A DNA stretch of 64,000 nucleotides from an uncultured Verrucomicrobiota bacterium (GCA_903907925.1 CAIVQB010000133.1:8041-72040); one strand, 5' to 3'; positions 28,389 through 39,420 are shown, counted from the first letter of the stretch. Notes: generated by a model from the letters alone, not told the origin. Program-made: numbers and translations.

Positions 28389-29342
28389 ATGTCTGTCCCC
28401 ACACCTGAACCTCCAGCCGTGCAGACCTTCGACCTCGGTCGATCCTACGGCAGCATGCAGGCGCTCAGTGGCCTCAACCTCACGGTGAATCGCGGCGATC
28501 TCTTTGGATTCATCGGATCGAACGGTGCCGGCAAGACGACGACGCTCCGTATCCTGGCGACGTTCCTGACGCCCTCCAGCGGTCATGCCGAGGTCCTCGG
28601 TCATGACGTCGTTCGCAACGCCGACCGGGTCCGTCATCTCATCGGCTACATGCCCGATTTCTTCGGCGTTTATAAGGACATGGAGGTGACCGAGTACCTC
28701 GATTTCTTCGGTGCCTGCTACAAGATTCCCTCCGCTCAACGGGAGAAGACGGTCGCCGACGTGCTCGAACTGGTCGGGCTGACCGAGAAGTCCGGTGCCC
28801 TGATCGGAGCGCTCAGCCGCGGCATGCAGCAGCGGTTGGGATTGGCCCGGGTTCTGATTCATGACCCCCAATTGTTGCTCCTCGACGAGCCGGCCAGCGG
28901 GTTGGATCCACGCGCTCGGATTGAGATGATGGCCATTCTCCAGGAACTCCAGCGCCTCGGAAAAACCATCATCATTTCGTCCCATATTCTTTCCGAGCTT
29001 CAGACCCTCTGCAATCGCTGCGCCATCATTGAAAAGGGCCGACTGATCTACAGCGGACCGATCCGGGGCGCGCAAATGCAGTTGGCCGATACCCGGGCGT
29101 TCTGGGTGCGCGTGGCTGGATCGGCAACGGCGGCGCGGGAACTTCTCGCGGCCCGTCCGGAGGCTGCCCGGATTGAACTTCAGGACGAACGGCTCAAGGT
29201 GGTGCTGGCGGATCCCGCGAACGACGGCGCGTTCATCGCCGAGACGCTGGTGTCGGGCGGACAGCGCCTGCTCGAATTGCGCGAGGACGAAATCGGACTC
29301 GAGGAAGTCTTCCTGCGGGTGACGAAGGGCGAAACTCAATAG
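28389..29342 (+). CDS. ABC transporter ATP-binding protein (ABC-2/DrrA-GldA-like)
   Basis: GSNGAGKTT, LSRGMQQR, LLLLDEP, SSH, LEEVFL. Confidence 0.96.
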   Translation: MSVPTPEPPAVQTFDLGRSYGSMQALSGLNLTVNRGDLFGFIGSNGAGKTTTLRILATFLTPSSGHAEVLGHDVVRNADRVRHLIGYMPDFFGVYKDMEVTEYLDFFGACYKIPSAQREKTVADVLELVGLTEKSGALIGALSRGMQQRLGLARVLIHDPQLLLLDEPASGLDPRARIEMMAILQELQRLGKTIIISSHILSELQTLCNRCAIIEKGRLIYSGPIRGAQMQLADTRAFWVRVAGSATAARELLAARPEAARIELQDERLKVVLADPANDGAFIAETLVSGGQRLLELREDEIGLEEVFLRVTKGETQ

Positions 29343-29401
29343 ACAACGATCGGAGCGGAAGGCATTCCCGTTCCAACGCCGTTGCCCCAACGCTGTTTTC
29401 A

Positions 29402-31069
29402 ATGTGGCCGCTGTTGTTACGGGAGCTCCGGTTGGAAGCCCGTCGGCCGTTCAACAGGAATCTCCGGCTGGGCGCGGCGGTTCTCTTCTTCATCCTGCTG
29501 GCCGGTTCGCTCAACGAGGTGTCGGGAGTTGACGCGATTTGCCGCCGGCTGTTTCCCATCCTTCACACGTTGCTGGTGGTTCTGCCGTGGTGTGTTGCTC
29601 CGACACTGACGGCCGAGGTGATCGCGCGCGAACGCCGGACCGGCATGCTGGAAATCCTCCAGCTTACCCGGGTGTCGCTGGGTGCAATCGTGCAGGGCAT
29701 CACCGCGGTGGTGACGGCCCGGACACTGACCGTCCTGATGGCGGCTTTTCCGGTGATCACCTTCACGGTTTTGTTTGGCGGCGTGGGTGCCGATGAGTTG
29801 TTCCTGTCGGTCCTGCTGCAGGCGGTGTCCATGTCGCTCGCCCTCTCGGTCGCCATCCTGGCCGGTTCGCTGGGTCGGACCTGGCCCGTCGCCATGGCTT
29901 GGGCGGCCCTGTTCGGAGCCCTTCTCGGTGGAGGTGTCGCCTGTGGTTTGTATTTTATTTTTCAACAGGATATTGGCGGACCTTACGCCGCGGGAATGTG
30001 GCCGGCGCCGGGTTCGATCCGGGCCTGGATGGAGGGCGTCGTGCGATTCATCGGGGATCGCGATTCCGTCTGGAGTCTCACACTGGGAACGTTGCCTCCG
30101 GCGCAATGGATCCACTGGCGTCATCTGTTGTGGGTCGCGCTGGGAGGCGCGGCGGTGATCAGTTTGCCGCTGCGATTCCTTGCGGTCTGGCTGTTGCGGC
30201 GAAGTCTTCGCGCTCGAGCGCAGTCTCACGGAACCGGGAGCAGGACCTGGTCGGCGCGTCTGTGGCCGGGTCGGGTGAATCCCGCGACCCGAAGGGCTTG
30301 GTTGCGCGGCAATCCGGTCCGGTGGTTGATGCGCTATCCCGCGGAAAGCCGCTGGGTGCGGGTGGTGGCGGGTGTGGCGGCGTTGGGAGTCGAGGTGGTT
30401 CTGGCCCTGGTCCCCATGCCGTTCGATGTCTGGTTCGGAATCCAAATTGGCGTCCTGCTCCTGCTTTCTGCCGGGCTCGCCCTGGCCGCCGCGGGAAGTT
30501 TTCGGACTGAGCGAGACAACGGGGCGCTCGAGTTGCTCATGGTGACACCCATGCGACCACGCGATCTGAGCCGTGGTCGGATCGGTGGCCTGTGGTGGAT
30601 TCTCGGTCCGGCGTTTGGCGTTTGGGCGGCTGGCGTATGGTTGACCGTGCCGATGCTCCGCAACCGTGACGACCACGTGGCGTTGTTTGGATGGGGATTG
30701 GCACTCCTGGCCGCGATTCCGGCGGTGGGATTGGAGGCCGCGTTCCAATTCCGCGGCTATTGGCGATCGGCATGCGCCACGCTGGGACTGACGCTCGGGA
30801 TCAGTGGCGTCGTGTTCTGGCTCGGTGAAGCGGATGAAGCGGTGTTCTGGGTTTCCGGACTCAACTTCATCATACTTGCCGTCGTTGCCGGCCTCAGCGC
30901 GCCCGGCTTCGAGCAACGTTTTACCCGGCGTCGCAACGGGGAGAAGCCGGGTTCCTTTCACGCCGGCCCTCCGCAGGCGGAATTCCCGCGATCACCCTAC
31001 GAATCGGTCCTCGGGCAACGCATGGGACGGCCTGGTACCGCTCCCCGTGAGGGTTCAGGCCGGCGATGA
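29402..31069 (+). CDS. ABC-2-type permease paralogue 1 (duplicated module)
   Basis: RELR N-terminus; ARERRTGMLEILQLT and RTERDNGALELLMVTP; many TM helices. Confidence 0.82.
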   Translation: MWPLLLRELRLEARRPFNRNLRLGAAVLFFILLAGSLNEVSGVDAICRRLFPILHTLLVVLPWCVAPTLTAEVIARERRTGMLEILQLTRVSLGAIVQGITAVVTARTLTVLMAAFPVITFTVLFGGVGADELFLSVLLQAVSMSLALSVAILAGSLGRTWPVAMAWAALFGALLGGGVACGLYFIFQQDIGGPYAAGMWPAPGSIRAWMEGVVRFIGDRDSVWSLTLGTLPPAQWIHWRHLLWVALGGAAVISLPLRFLAVWLLRRSLRARAQSHGTGSRTWSARLWPGRVNPATRRAWLRGNPVRWLMRYPAESRWVRVVAGVAALGVEVVLALVPMPFDVWFGIQIGVLLLLSAGLALAAAGSFRTERDNGALELLMVTPMRPRDLSRGRIGGLWWILGPAFGVWAAGVWLTVPMLRNRDDHVALFGWGLALLAAIPAVGLEAAFQFRGYWRSACATLGLTLGISGVVFWLGEADEAVFWVSGLNFIILAVVAGLSAPGFEQRFTRRRNGEKPGSFHAGPPQAEFPRSPYESVLGQRMGRPGTAPREGSGRR

Positions 31070-31123
31070 TTTTCGAATTCCTGAGAGTCCACTCACGCCC
31101 TGCGGTCTTGCAAGTTGAAGCCG

Positions 31124-32782
31124 ATGTCTTGGAATGGGCTCGTGTGGTCCATCCTTCACCGAGAGTTGCTGGAGCAGTCGCGGCAACGGGCCGGGGCCTG
31201 GCTGAGATCGGGTGGTGCCGCGATCCTGATGTTGGCGTTGTTGATCGGCTGGAGCCTGCCGGTGATGAAGGGCCAGACCGATGGACGTGGACTCTTCACC
31301 GGCCTGAACCATGTGGTGATCGCCGTGATCTGGCTGGTGGCGCCGGTGTTGACCGCCGATTGCATCAGCCGCGAACGCCGCGAAGGAACGCTCGGCCTGC
31401 TGTTCCTGACGCCCTTGCGCCCAATGGATGTGGTGATCGGCAAAGCCTTCGCCCACGCGCTCCGGGCCTTCACCGTGGTGCTGGTGTCCACGCCGGTGCT
31501 GGTGGTCCCGATGATGATGGGCGGTGTGAACGGATGGGATGTGGGCCGCATGCTGCTGTTGCATCTGTCGATCCTGGGCCTGTCGCTGGCGGCGGGACTT
31601 CTGGCATCGTCACTGGCTGAGAACTGGGTGCGGGCCCGGCTTCTCGGATTGGTGCTGGCGGTGGCGGCCGGCGTTGGATTCGCGGGAATTTATAGCGCGT
31701 TCACCTCCGTCTATCACTGGCGATTGATCCAGCGCTTCGAACCCAACATCGGTCTCGCGGAGGTGTGGATGGGACAGATGTGGGGCTGGGCGTACCGACT
31801 GGGTGTGGGTCCGAACGGTACCGCATCAATTTCTGGATCCTTTTGGGACCCGGTGGCTGGTTCGGGAAGCGGGCCGGACTCGCTGGCTCTCGCCGCGAAA
31901 GTGCTGGCCGTGTCCGCGGTCGCCGTAGTCGGGGCGGTCTGGGTGGCGACATTTTCGGTGCGACGTGCGTGGTCTTCGGCGGGAGGTGGAAAATTGCGGC
32001 TGCTCGGTGCCGGTCTGACGCGGGTTCGGATTCCAACGGGGTGGTGGCGCTGGCTGCGCCGGCGTGGACTCGATCGAAACCCAATCGGCTGGCGGCAGAC
32101 CGCGACCTGGAGCGGACGATTGACTGGTTGGGGCTGGTTCGCGTTTGCGATCGTGTGGTTGTCTCGCGGCGTCGAACGGGCTGGCCAGGGCATCGGGCTG
32201 GAGTCGATCCTGTTGGCGGGATTGGGTGCGGCCGCGGGCGCCAGTTTTCGCTCGGAGCGGGAGGAGGGAACCCTTGAACTGCTCTTGGTGACTCCGACCA
32301 CGCCGGCCCGGATTATTGTGGGGCGTGCGATCGGACTGGTCCGGCAGTTTGTCCCCGCGATTGGACTGGCGGTGCTGTTCCTTGGTTTTGGGCCATTGGC
32401 GACTCCGCAGGATCGACTGGATTTGTTCCGGTGGCTGATGTTGCTCCCGGGTGTGGCGGCTTTTGGGCAGTTTCTTTCGACCCGCCCGTTGTCGACGGTG
32501 ACGACATTGCTGCTGTCGGTGGCCGTCCCGATTGCGGCTTGGCTCGGCGTTGAAACTCTGTTTTGGAGGGTGGACCGGCTGCTGGTGAACGAGGTTCCCT
32601 TCGATATCGATAAAACGGTTTGGCAATGGGTATTGGTCAGCGTGTCGGCATTGGTTTCTGTTTTGTGGGCGGTGTTCTGGACGAAAGGTGCGATTCGAAA
32701 CCTGGCGCAACGCCGGTTCCTGCCCGGTCAGTTGCGGCTTGAACGGGCTCCGACGAGTCCTCACCGTCCGACCAGGTCATGA
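31124..32782 (+). CDS. ABC-2-type permease paralogue 2 (duplicated module)
   Basis: ISRERREGTLGLLFLTPL and RSEREEGTLELLLVTP. Confidence 0.85.
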   Translation: MSWNGLVWSILHRELLEQSRQRAGAWLRSGGAAILMLALLIGWSLPVMKGQTDGRGLFTGLNHVVIAVIWLVAPVLTADCISRERREGTLGLLFLTPLRPMDVVIGKAFAHALRAFTVVLVSTPVLVVPMMMGGVNGWDVGRMLLLHLSILGLSLAAGLLASSLAENWVRARLLGLVLAVAAGVGFAGIYSAFTSVYHWRLIQRFEPNIGLAEVWMGQMWGWAYRLGVGPNGTASISGSFWDPVAGSGSGPDSLALAAKVLAVSAVAVVGAVWVATFSVRRAWSSAGGGKLRLLGAGLTRVRIPTGWWRWLRRRGLDRNPIGWRQTATWSGRLTGWGWFAFAIVWLSRGVERAGQGIGLESILLAGLGAAAGASFRSEREEGTLELLLVTPTTPARIIVGRAIGLVRQFVPAIGLAVLFLGFGPLATPQDRLDLFRWLMLLPGVAAFGQFLSTRPLSTVTTLLLSVAVPIAAWLGVETLFWRVDRLLVNEVPFDIDKTVWQWVLVSVSALVSVLWAVFWTKGAIRNLAQRRFLPGQLRLERAPTSPHRPTRS

Positions 32783-34470
32783 CCTTTTTCCCCGTTGTTG
32801 AACGCGAACTGCGGGTGGCTTCCCGACAGCGTTGGACCTATTGGGGGCGGGTGACAGCGGGCCTGTTGTCCTTGTTGTTGACCGCCTGGGTCTTGCTGAT
32901 TCAATCCGCCAACTTCTCGCGATCCGATGGCAGAATGTTGTTCTACACCGTCGCGGGATTGGCGATGTTATTCGTCTCGTTCTCCGGGGTGAGATACAGC
33001 TCCGACAGCGTGAGTTCGGAGAAGCGTGATGGAACACTCGGGCTGCTATTTTTGACCGATTTGAAGGGCTATGACGTGGCTCTCGGCAAACTCGCCGCCA
33101 CGTCGCTGGGAGCGTTCTACGGCTTGCTGGCGATGCTCCCCGTGCTGGCCATGGGCATTCTTCTCGGGGGCGTCACGGGAGGTGAATACACCCGGATGGT
33201 GTTGGTGTTGTTGAGCACCCTGTTTCTTTCCCTGACCGCCGGACTGGCCTTTTCCGTGATGTGTCGCGACTCGCTGCGCGCGTCGTTGGGCACGTTTGTC
33301 TTCATGGGATCGGTGTTCGCACTGTTGCCCGCGCTGGCGGCGCTCGTGGATGACCTGCTGGAATGGCAGGGGCATCCGGGGACGGCGTTTGGAAAAGCGC
33401 TTTGGCGGTGGATCGGTTGGATGTCACCGGTGACCGCTTATTCCCGGGTTGAAGACGCGGTCTTCCGGCGGGAGTCACGGATGTTTTGGCGAACCGAGGT
33501 GTGGATGGGGTTGGTCACGCTCGGCTTGGGGGTGCTGGCCTGCCTGCGATTGCCGCATAGTTGGCAGGACAAGGGTTCCCGAACCGGTGCGGGCGGATTC
33601 GCCGGCCGGTTGGACCGGCTCCGGTTTCGAACTCCGGCCGCGCGTCGTTCCTTCCGGACCGCCTGGCTTGAATCGAATCCCATCGCCTGGCTTTCCGGCC
33701 GTTTCTGGCTTCGATCGGCGTCGGTGTGGTGTGTCCTCGCCGTCGCCGCGTTGGGTTTCATCTACGGCGGATGGCGGGTCGGGCAATCGTGGTGGAACAG
33801 TGGGGTCTACCTGACGCTGTCCGTGATCCTTCACCTGGTGTTCAAGATCTGGATCGCCAACGAAGTGCCGCGGCAGTTTGTCGAAGATCGTCGCAGTGGC
33901 GCATTGGAGTTGATCCTCACCACACCGCTGAGTGTTGATGAGATCATCGCCGGGCGCCGGATGGCCCTGGTGCGGCAATTTGGCGCACCCATGGCGGTGC
34001 TGCTGGCGGTCGATGCCATTTTTCTGACCACGGGGATCCATTCCGATGTGTCGGGTGGTGACGAACAGCAGGCGTGGATTCTCCTTTGGATATTCCGGAT
34101 GGTTTCATTGCCGGCGGATGCCTTCACGCTGTTCTGGCTGGGACTCTGGCGCGGGATGGCGAGCAGCGGGACCCGGACGAGTTCCGGCATCCTGTGGCGG
34201 GCGTTGGTCCTGCCGCCGGTCGTTGCCGGAATGCTGTTCACGGTGGTGGGACTCGCGTCGATCGGAAGCCAGTCGAATTCACTGACGCCCCTTTCAATCC
34301 TCGCCGCCTGGGTGTTGATCTGTGCCGGCAACTCCACGGTCTGGATCGTCCGGGCGCATGCGCGAGTGGTGTCGGGATTTCGGACGCTGGCACAACAGGG
34401 AACCGTTCCGGCGCGTGGCGGCTTTTTTCGGCGGCGCGCCAAGGATCAGCACCCCGTCCCGGGTGCCTGA
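32779..34470 (+). CDS. ABC-2-type permease paralogue 3 (duplicated module)
   Basis: ERELRVASR; SSEKRDGTLGLLFLTDL and EDRRSGALELILTTPL; ATGA coupling. Confidence 0.87.
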   Translation: MTFFPVVERELRVASRQRWTYWGRVTAGLLSLLLTAWVLLIQSANFSRSDGRMLFYTVAGLAMLFVSFSGVRYSSDSVSSEKRDGTLGLLFLTDLKGYDVALGKLAATSLGAFYGLLAMLPVLAMGILLGGVTGGEYTRMVLVLLSTLFLSLTAGLAFSVMCRDSLRASLGTFVFMGSVFALLPALAALVDDLLEWQGHPGTAFGKALWRWIGWMSPVTAYSRVEDAVFRRESRMFWRTEVWMGLVTLGLGVLACLRLPHSWQDKGSRTGAGGFAGRLDRLRFRTPAARRSFRTAWLESNPIAWLSGRFWLRSASVWCVLAVAALGFIYGGWRVGQSWWNSGVYLTLSVILHLVFKIWIANEVPRQFVEDRRSGALELILTTPLSVDEIIAGRRMALVRQFGAPMAVLLAVDAIFLTTGIHSDVSGGDEQQAWILLWIFRMVSLPADAFTLFWLGLWRGMASSGTRTSSGILWRALVLPPVVAGMLFTVVGLASIGSQSNSLTPLSILAAWVLICAGNSTVWIVRAHARVVSGFRTLAQQGTVPARGGFFRRRAKDQHPVPGA

Positions 34471-34515
34471 GATGGACGGACCCGGGCGTCGCACGTCCGG
34501 GTGTCTGAATCCCAA

Positions 34516-36201
34516 ATGAACTCCATCGGCATCATCATCGGTCGGGAATTGCGGGTGGCGAGTCGGCGTCCGGCAACGTGGCGACTGCGGCTCGTCGTGG
34601 CGTCACTGGCCGTCGCTGGGTCTCTTTTTTTGCTGGTGACGTCGGATGTCACCCGGACCGGTCCCGGCGGAATCGGGATGCAATTGTTTGCCGAGCTGAC
34701 GGCCGCGTCGGGGATTTCCGCCCTGGCACTCGGCGTGTTTCTGACCGCGGATTCCATCAGCCGCGAGCGCCGGGAAGGGACGCTGGGTTTGTTGTTCCTG
34801 ACCGATCTGTCTGGATGGGATGTGGTGTTGGGGAAGGCCGGTGCCGCGGTCTTCAATGCAGCGTACGCGCTGATGTCGATCGTCCCGGTGCTGGCGATTG
34901 GATTGCTGCTCGGCGGTGTGACGTTGGGCCAGGTGGCGATGCTGGCGATCGCCTTGTTGAACGCCCTGTTTCTCTCCCTCGCCGTGGCCATCTGGATTTC
35001 AACCTGGTGCACGGCAGCCCGGCAATCGGCGGGTTTGGCGACCAGTCTGGTGTTTGGGCTCACCGCTCTACCTTGGGGGGCGATGATCTGGATAGCAGAT
35101 CGATCGCAAAGCGGTCCGGGATTTTTGGGGATCGCGGCCGTAACGTCGAGTCCCGGACTGCCGCTTTCGTTAATCGCTTCCAACGGGAATTTTCCAAACC
35201 CGGGGTTGCCGGGTCCAGCACTTTTCATCAACGCAGTGGGGTTGTTCACGATAGCCATCCTTGTCCAACAGGCGCTGGCGTGGGGATTCCTGTGGCGGGC
35301 GGCGCGGCGCACCCGGACGATCTGGCAGGAAGGCCCGTCGCGACGCATCACGCAGCGGATCCGGGCGGTCTCGGCGTTGGTGCGTCTGGGAGGATCGGAA
35401 CGCCGGTTGCGGTTGCGAAACCTGCTCCTCGATCGTCACCCGTTTCTGTGGCTGTCGCAGCGTGAGATTTGGAAGCCGCTTCATCCCTGGATTCTGCTGA
35501 CGGCATTCGCCGGGCTGTTCGCCTGGCAATGGTTCACGGTGAACCTGCCCTGGCGAATGGAGGAACTGGCGACTCCCCTGATCATTGTCACCCAGATCCT
35601 GGTCGGAATCTGGTTTGCCACCGAGGCGGCGACACGGTTGGTGGAGGAACGGCAGGGAGGCTCATTCGAGCTATTGTTGTGCACCCCGCTGGACGGAACG
35701 GCGATTCTGTCGGGCCAGCGGCAGGCGCTGAACCGGATGTTTGTGGGACCGCTGGCGGTGCTGATCGCGCTGGACCTGTGGGCGGTTGTTGGAACCAACG
35801 GAGCGGGTCTGGCGTCGATCACGTCGACCTCGGTCGGAGCCCTGCCCACCTTTGTCATCGGCTTTCTGTTCGCGCTGCCGGCGACGCGGTGGGTGGCGAC
35901 CCTGCAGGCGCTTCAAGGGCATTCGATCAATGCGGTTGGGGTCCGGACATTGGCCCTCGTCTGGGGTGTTCCCGCGGCCCTGGCTCATCTCCTGCGGATC
36001 GGGTGCCAGATTGTTCGCGGGGTTTTCGCGATCCCGGGTCTGCTTCCGCTCGAGGAATGGGGCAGTCTCCTCGTGTTTTTGGCCGCCGTCTGGATGGTGG
36101 GATATCGTGCCCGCCGGACCGTGTTCGCCAACTTCCGCGAACTGGCAACGGAGACCCAGTCGAAGCGGCGTCGGAAGAGTTTTTGGAATCGAAACGGGTG
36201 A
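34516..36201 (+). CDS. ABC-2-type permease paralogue 4 (duplicated module)
   Basis: GRELRVASR; ISRERREGTLGLLFLTDL and EERQGGSFELLLCTPL. Confidence 0.85.
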   Translation: MNSIGIIIGRELRVASRRPATWRLRLVVASLAVAGSLFLLVTSDVTRTGPGGIGMQLFAELTAASGISALALGVFLTADSISRERREGTLGLLFLTDLSGWDVVLGKAGAAVFNAAYALMSIVPVLAIGLLLGGVTLGQVAMLAIALLNALFLSLAVAIWISTWCTAARQSAGLATSLVFGLTALPWGAMIWIADRSQSGPGFLGIAAVTSSPGLPLSLIASNGNFPNPGLPGPALFINAVGLFTIAILVQQALAWGFLWRAARRTRTIWQEGPSRRITQRIRAVSALVRLGGSERRLRLRNLLLDRHPFLWLSQREIWKPLHPWILLTAFAGLFAWQWFTVNLPWRMEELATPLIIVTQILVGIWFATEAATRLVEERQGGSFELLLCTPLDGTAILSGQRQALNRMFVGPLAVLIALDLWAVVGTNGAGLASITSTSVGALPTFVIGFLFALPATRWVATLQALQGHSINAVGVRTLALVWGVPAALAHLLRIGCQIVRGVFAIPGLLPLEEWGSLLVFLAAVWMVGYRARRTVFANFRELATETQSKRRRKSFWNRNG

Positions 36202-36249
36202 AACGAGGTCGGATGGGGCGAAGCATCGACCCGAGATTCAAAACTACGG

Positions 36250-37203
36250 TCACGGGATCAGCAGCTCACAGACCACCGGCCGATGATCCGAAGCGAGTCC
36301 CCAGTCGGGTCCGCTCCCGACGTAGCCGGACTCAGGTTTCCACCAGGCCACCATGCCCGGCGCGAGGAGGATGTAGTCGATCCGCGAATAGGTGTCCTCC
36401 TTGGCGAAGAAATGGGTCCAGGTGACGCTGCGTCGTGCGGTCGCATCGGTCGGTGGGGCCAGCGGCGCGGTTTCGCCGGGGGTGAAATCCAGAGACTGCT
36501 CGGCGGGTCGGGTGTCGATCAATCGTCCGCGTCCCCGCCCGAGGATCAGGTGGAGGGATTTGCTGGCGGGACTGTCATTCAAATCACCGCAAACCAGCAG
36601 GGTGCCCCGCGGTGAGTTCAGCAAGGACTCGTCGATATGGTGTCGCAGAATCCGCGCCTCCTGTTCCCGCAGATCGGATTCATCCGCCGCGCCGACCGGA
36701 CGGCGGGACTTGAGATGTGCGGTCATCAAGGTGAACCGCGAGGTCGGCGTCACCGCGATATCGACCTCGGCGATTCCCCGACTGGTGTGGAAGCGGCGGC
36801 CGGCGAGGAGGTAGCCGTCGTTGGTGTGTGACGCGCGGCGGACGATGGGAAAGCGGCTGAGGACGGCGACGAAGATGTTGGTATCCCAGCCGGTGACGTG
36901 TTCGCGATGGGGCAGGGAAACGCCCGCAGCGGCGAGGGCCGACTGCAATTGTTCGAGGGCGGCTGGTTCACCGATTTCCTGGAGCGCGACGACATCGGGA
37001 TGAATGGCGGCCAGCACGCGGACGACGGCGTCACGTGAGGCGGCGGGTTTTTCCGACCGATTGCCCCAATCGCGGATGTGGTAGTTCTCCAGATTGTAGG
37101 TGGCCACCACGCAGCGCGTCTCACTGCGGACGGCGAAGGACCGCAGCAGGGCCAAGCCCAGACACGCTCGCAAAAGAAACCGGCGGAAACCTCCCCAATT
37201 CAC
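36250..37203 (-). CDS. Secreted endonuclease/exonuclease/phosphatase family protein
   Basis: TYNLEN, DVVALQE, HLKS, GDLND, RIDYIL, SDHRPV; signal peptide. Start uncertain (37203 or 37296). Confidence 0.9.
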   Translation of the reverse strand: MNWGGFRRFLLRACLGLALLRSFAVRSETRCVVATYNLENYHIRDWGNRSEKPAASRDAVVRVLAAIHPDVVALQEIGEPAALEQLQSALAAAGVSLPHREHVTGWDTNIFVAVLSRFPIVRRASHTNDGYLLAGRRFHTSRGIAEVDIAVTPTSRFTLMTAHLKSRRPVGAADESDLREQEARILRHHIDESLLNSPRGTLLVCGDLNDSPASKSLHLILGRGRGRLIDTRPAEQSLDFTPGETAPLAPPTDATARRSVTWTHFFAKEDTYSRIDYILLAPGMVAWWKPESGYVGSGPDWGLASDHRPVVCELLIP

Positions 37204-37354
37204 GCCCGGGAAACTAGGCGCCTTCGGCCGGGCGTCGAGCGGCAAAACCCGATCTGCCGGCCCCGGAGTCCCGCGTCCACGCGGGCCGGGAGCCACATCC
37301 CTCGATCCACCGAGAGATTCGCCACAGGACGTACCAAATTTAATCAGCTCTTCA

Positions 37355-37385
37355 GGAATTCGTGTGAATCCGTGAAATCAGTGTC
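37355..37385 (+). repeat. Dispersed 31-bp intergenic repeat, copy 1
   Basis: GGAATTCGTGTGAATCCGTGAAATCAGTGTC, identical to 41989-42019. Confidence 0.9.
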
Positions 37386-37415
37386 CTAAGTGTCTTTTCT
37401 GAATCGCTCCGCCTC

Positions 37416-38801
37416 TCAGGCGTTTTCCTGAATCAATTCGCGGCGGGCACCACTGAGCAATCGTTCAACGAAGGTCGTGGTGTAGGTGCCGCGGCGGAAA
37501 TCAGGATCCTGGAGGATGGCCTGGGAGAACGGGATGGTGGTCTTCACCCCGGTAATCATGTATTCGCCGAGCGCCCGGCTCATCTTGTCCATGGCATCGG
37601 CGCGATCCTTCCCATAGGTAATCAACTTGCCGATCATGGAGTCGTAGTAGGGCGGAATGGTGTAGCCGGCGTAGGCATGGGAATCCACCCGCACGCCGCG
37701 TCCACCCGGGGCATAGTACATCTCGATCCGGCCGGGGCTGGGCCGGAAATCGTCGAGCGGATTCTCGGCGTTGATGCGGGCCTCGATGGCGTGCCCCTTG
37801 AAGACCACGTCGCCTTGGGAAATGGACAGCTTCTCGCCGGCGGCGATCAGGATCTGCTGTTTGACGAGGTCGATGCCGGTCACTTCCTCGGTGATGGGAT
37901 GTTCCACCTGGATGCGCTTGTTGACCTCGAGAAAGTAGAACGCGCCGGAGTCGTCGACGATGAACTCGACCGTGCCGGCGTTGGTGTAACCGGCCTCTTC
38001 TGCGATGCGGAGCGCGGCCTTGCCCATCTTTTTGCGCAGATCCTTGTATTCCTTCCGTTCGAACATCGGAGAGGGCGTTTCTTCGATCAGCTTTTGGTTC
38101 CGGCGCTGGATGGAGCAGTCGCGTTCGCCGAGATGGATGATGTTGCCGCGGGTGTCCCCCAGGATCTGGAATTCAATGTGGTGGGGATTCTCGATGAATT
38201 TCTCGATGTAGACCCCACTGTTGCCGAAGGCCTTTTCGGCCTCGGTCCGGGCGGTGTGATAGCCCTTCACCAGCGAAACATCGTTGTGGGCGGCCCGCAT
38301 GCCACGACCTCCGCCGCCGGCGACCGCCTTGATCATGACCGGATAGCCGATGCGCTTCGCCACGGCGAGGGCGTCGCCTTCCGTCTCGACCAGGCCATCG
38401 GATCCGGGAGGGGTTGGTACGCTGGCTTTTTTCGCCAGGTTTCGGCTGCTGGCCTTGTCATGGAGGGCGTTCATGGCCGCCGAACGCGGTCCGATGAAAC
38501 GGATGTTGCAGCTCTCGCAGACGTCGGCGAAGTGGGCGTTCTCGCTGAGGAAGCCGTACCCGGGGTGGATGGCATCGACATCGGCGATCTCGGCCGCCGA
38601 GATGATGCGGTCGATGCGGAGATAGCTGTCGGCGCTGGCCCCTTCGCCGATGCAGATCGCCTCGTCGGCAATCTGGACGTGCATGGAATTCGCGTCGGCC
38701 TTCGAATACACGGCGACCGTCTTGATGTTGAGTTCGCGGCAGGCCCGGATGACCCGCATCGCGATTTCGCCACGGTTGGCGACCAGAATTTTTTCAAACA
38801 T
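37416..38801 (-). CDS. accC: Acetyl-CoA carboxylase biotin carboxylase subunit
   Basis: [49 protein letters not shown]. Confidence 0.98.
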   Translation of the reverse strand: MFEKILVANRGEIAMRVIRACRELNIKTVAVYSKADANSMHVQIADEAICIGEGASADSYLRIDRIISAAEIADVDAIHPGYGFLSENAHFADVCESCNIRFIGPRSAAMNALHDKASSRNLAKKASVPTPPGSDGLVETEGDALAVAKRIGYPVMIKAVAGGGGRGMRAAHNDVSLVKGYHTARTEAEKAFGNSGVYIEKFIENPHHIEFQILGDTRGNIIHLGERDCSIQRRNQKLIEETPSPMFERKEYKDLRKKMGKAALRIAEEAGYTNAGTVEFIVDDSGAFYFLEVNKRIQVEHPITEEVTGIDLVKQQILIAAGEKLSISQGDVVFKGHAIEARINAENPLDDFRPSPGRIEMYYAPGGRGVRVDSHAYAGYTIPPYYDSMIGKLITYGKDRADAMDKMSRALGEYMITGVKTTIPFSQAILQDPDFRRGTYTTTFVERLLSGARRELIQENA

Positions 38802-38943
38802 GCGGAAAAGCGAAAGGAGCCGGAATGGAAGCCTCCTGCACGCCGGCGGCTTCCGGGTGGATGTCTTGGCTGCGGGCGGGAGGCATCGCGATGAACGGAG
38901 GGCTCATTGAAGTGGGACGGCCGTGGAATCCGGCCGACTCGGA

Positions 38944-39420
38944 TTACAACGGCCGGATCTTGAACAACGGCTGGCCGAACTCGACCGGCTTGGCGTTCTC
39001 ACCCAGAATTTGGGTGATGACGCCACGCGCCTCCGCCTTGATCTCGTTCATCACCTTCATGGCTTCGATGATGCAGACCACGGTGTCCGGACCGACCTCG
39101 CTGCCGACTTCGACATACGGCGCGGCATCGGGAGACGGGGTGCAGTAGAACGTGCCGATCATCGGCGATTTGATCTCGGCGTCGGTCGCGGTCGAAGGAG
39201 CGGCTGGGGCACCGGAAGTGACCGGGGCCGCCGAACGAGGAGCTCCGGCGTAGCCGTTATTGTCTGTATCTTCCTGCTGTCCTGAAGGTTGCGCTGTGGA
39301 TGCGACACCGGAAATCGGTCGCTTCAATTTGATTTTGAAGTCTTTCTCTTCCAACTCGAACTCCGAGAGGGAGTTCTTCTTCATCAGATCAATGATTGCC
39401 TTGATTTCTTTCAGGTCCAC
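38944..39420 (-). CDS. accB: Biotin carboxyl carrier protein
   Basis: SPMIGTFY, EAMKVMNEI, VEFGQPLF. Confidence 0.98.
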   Translation of the reverse strand: MDLKEIKAIIDLMKKNSLSEFELEEKDFKIKLKRPISGVASTAQPSGQQEDTDNNGYAGAPRSAAPVTSGAPAAPSTATDAEIKSPMIGTFYCTPSPDAAPYVEVGSEVGPDTVVCIIEAMKVMNEIKAEARGVITQILGENAKPVEFGQPLFKIRPL

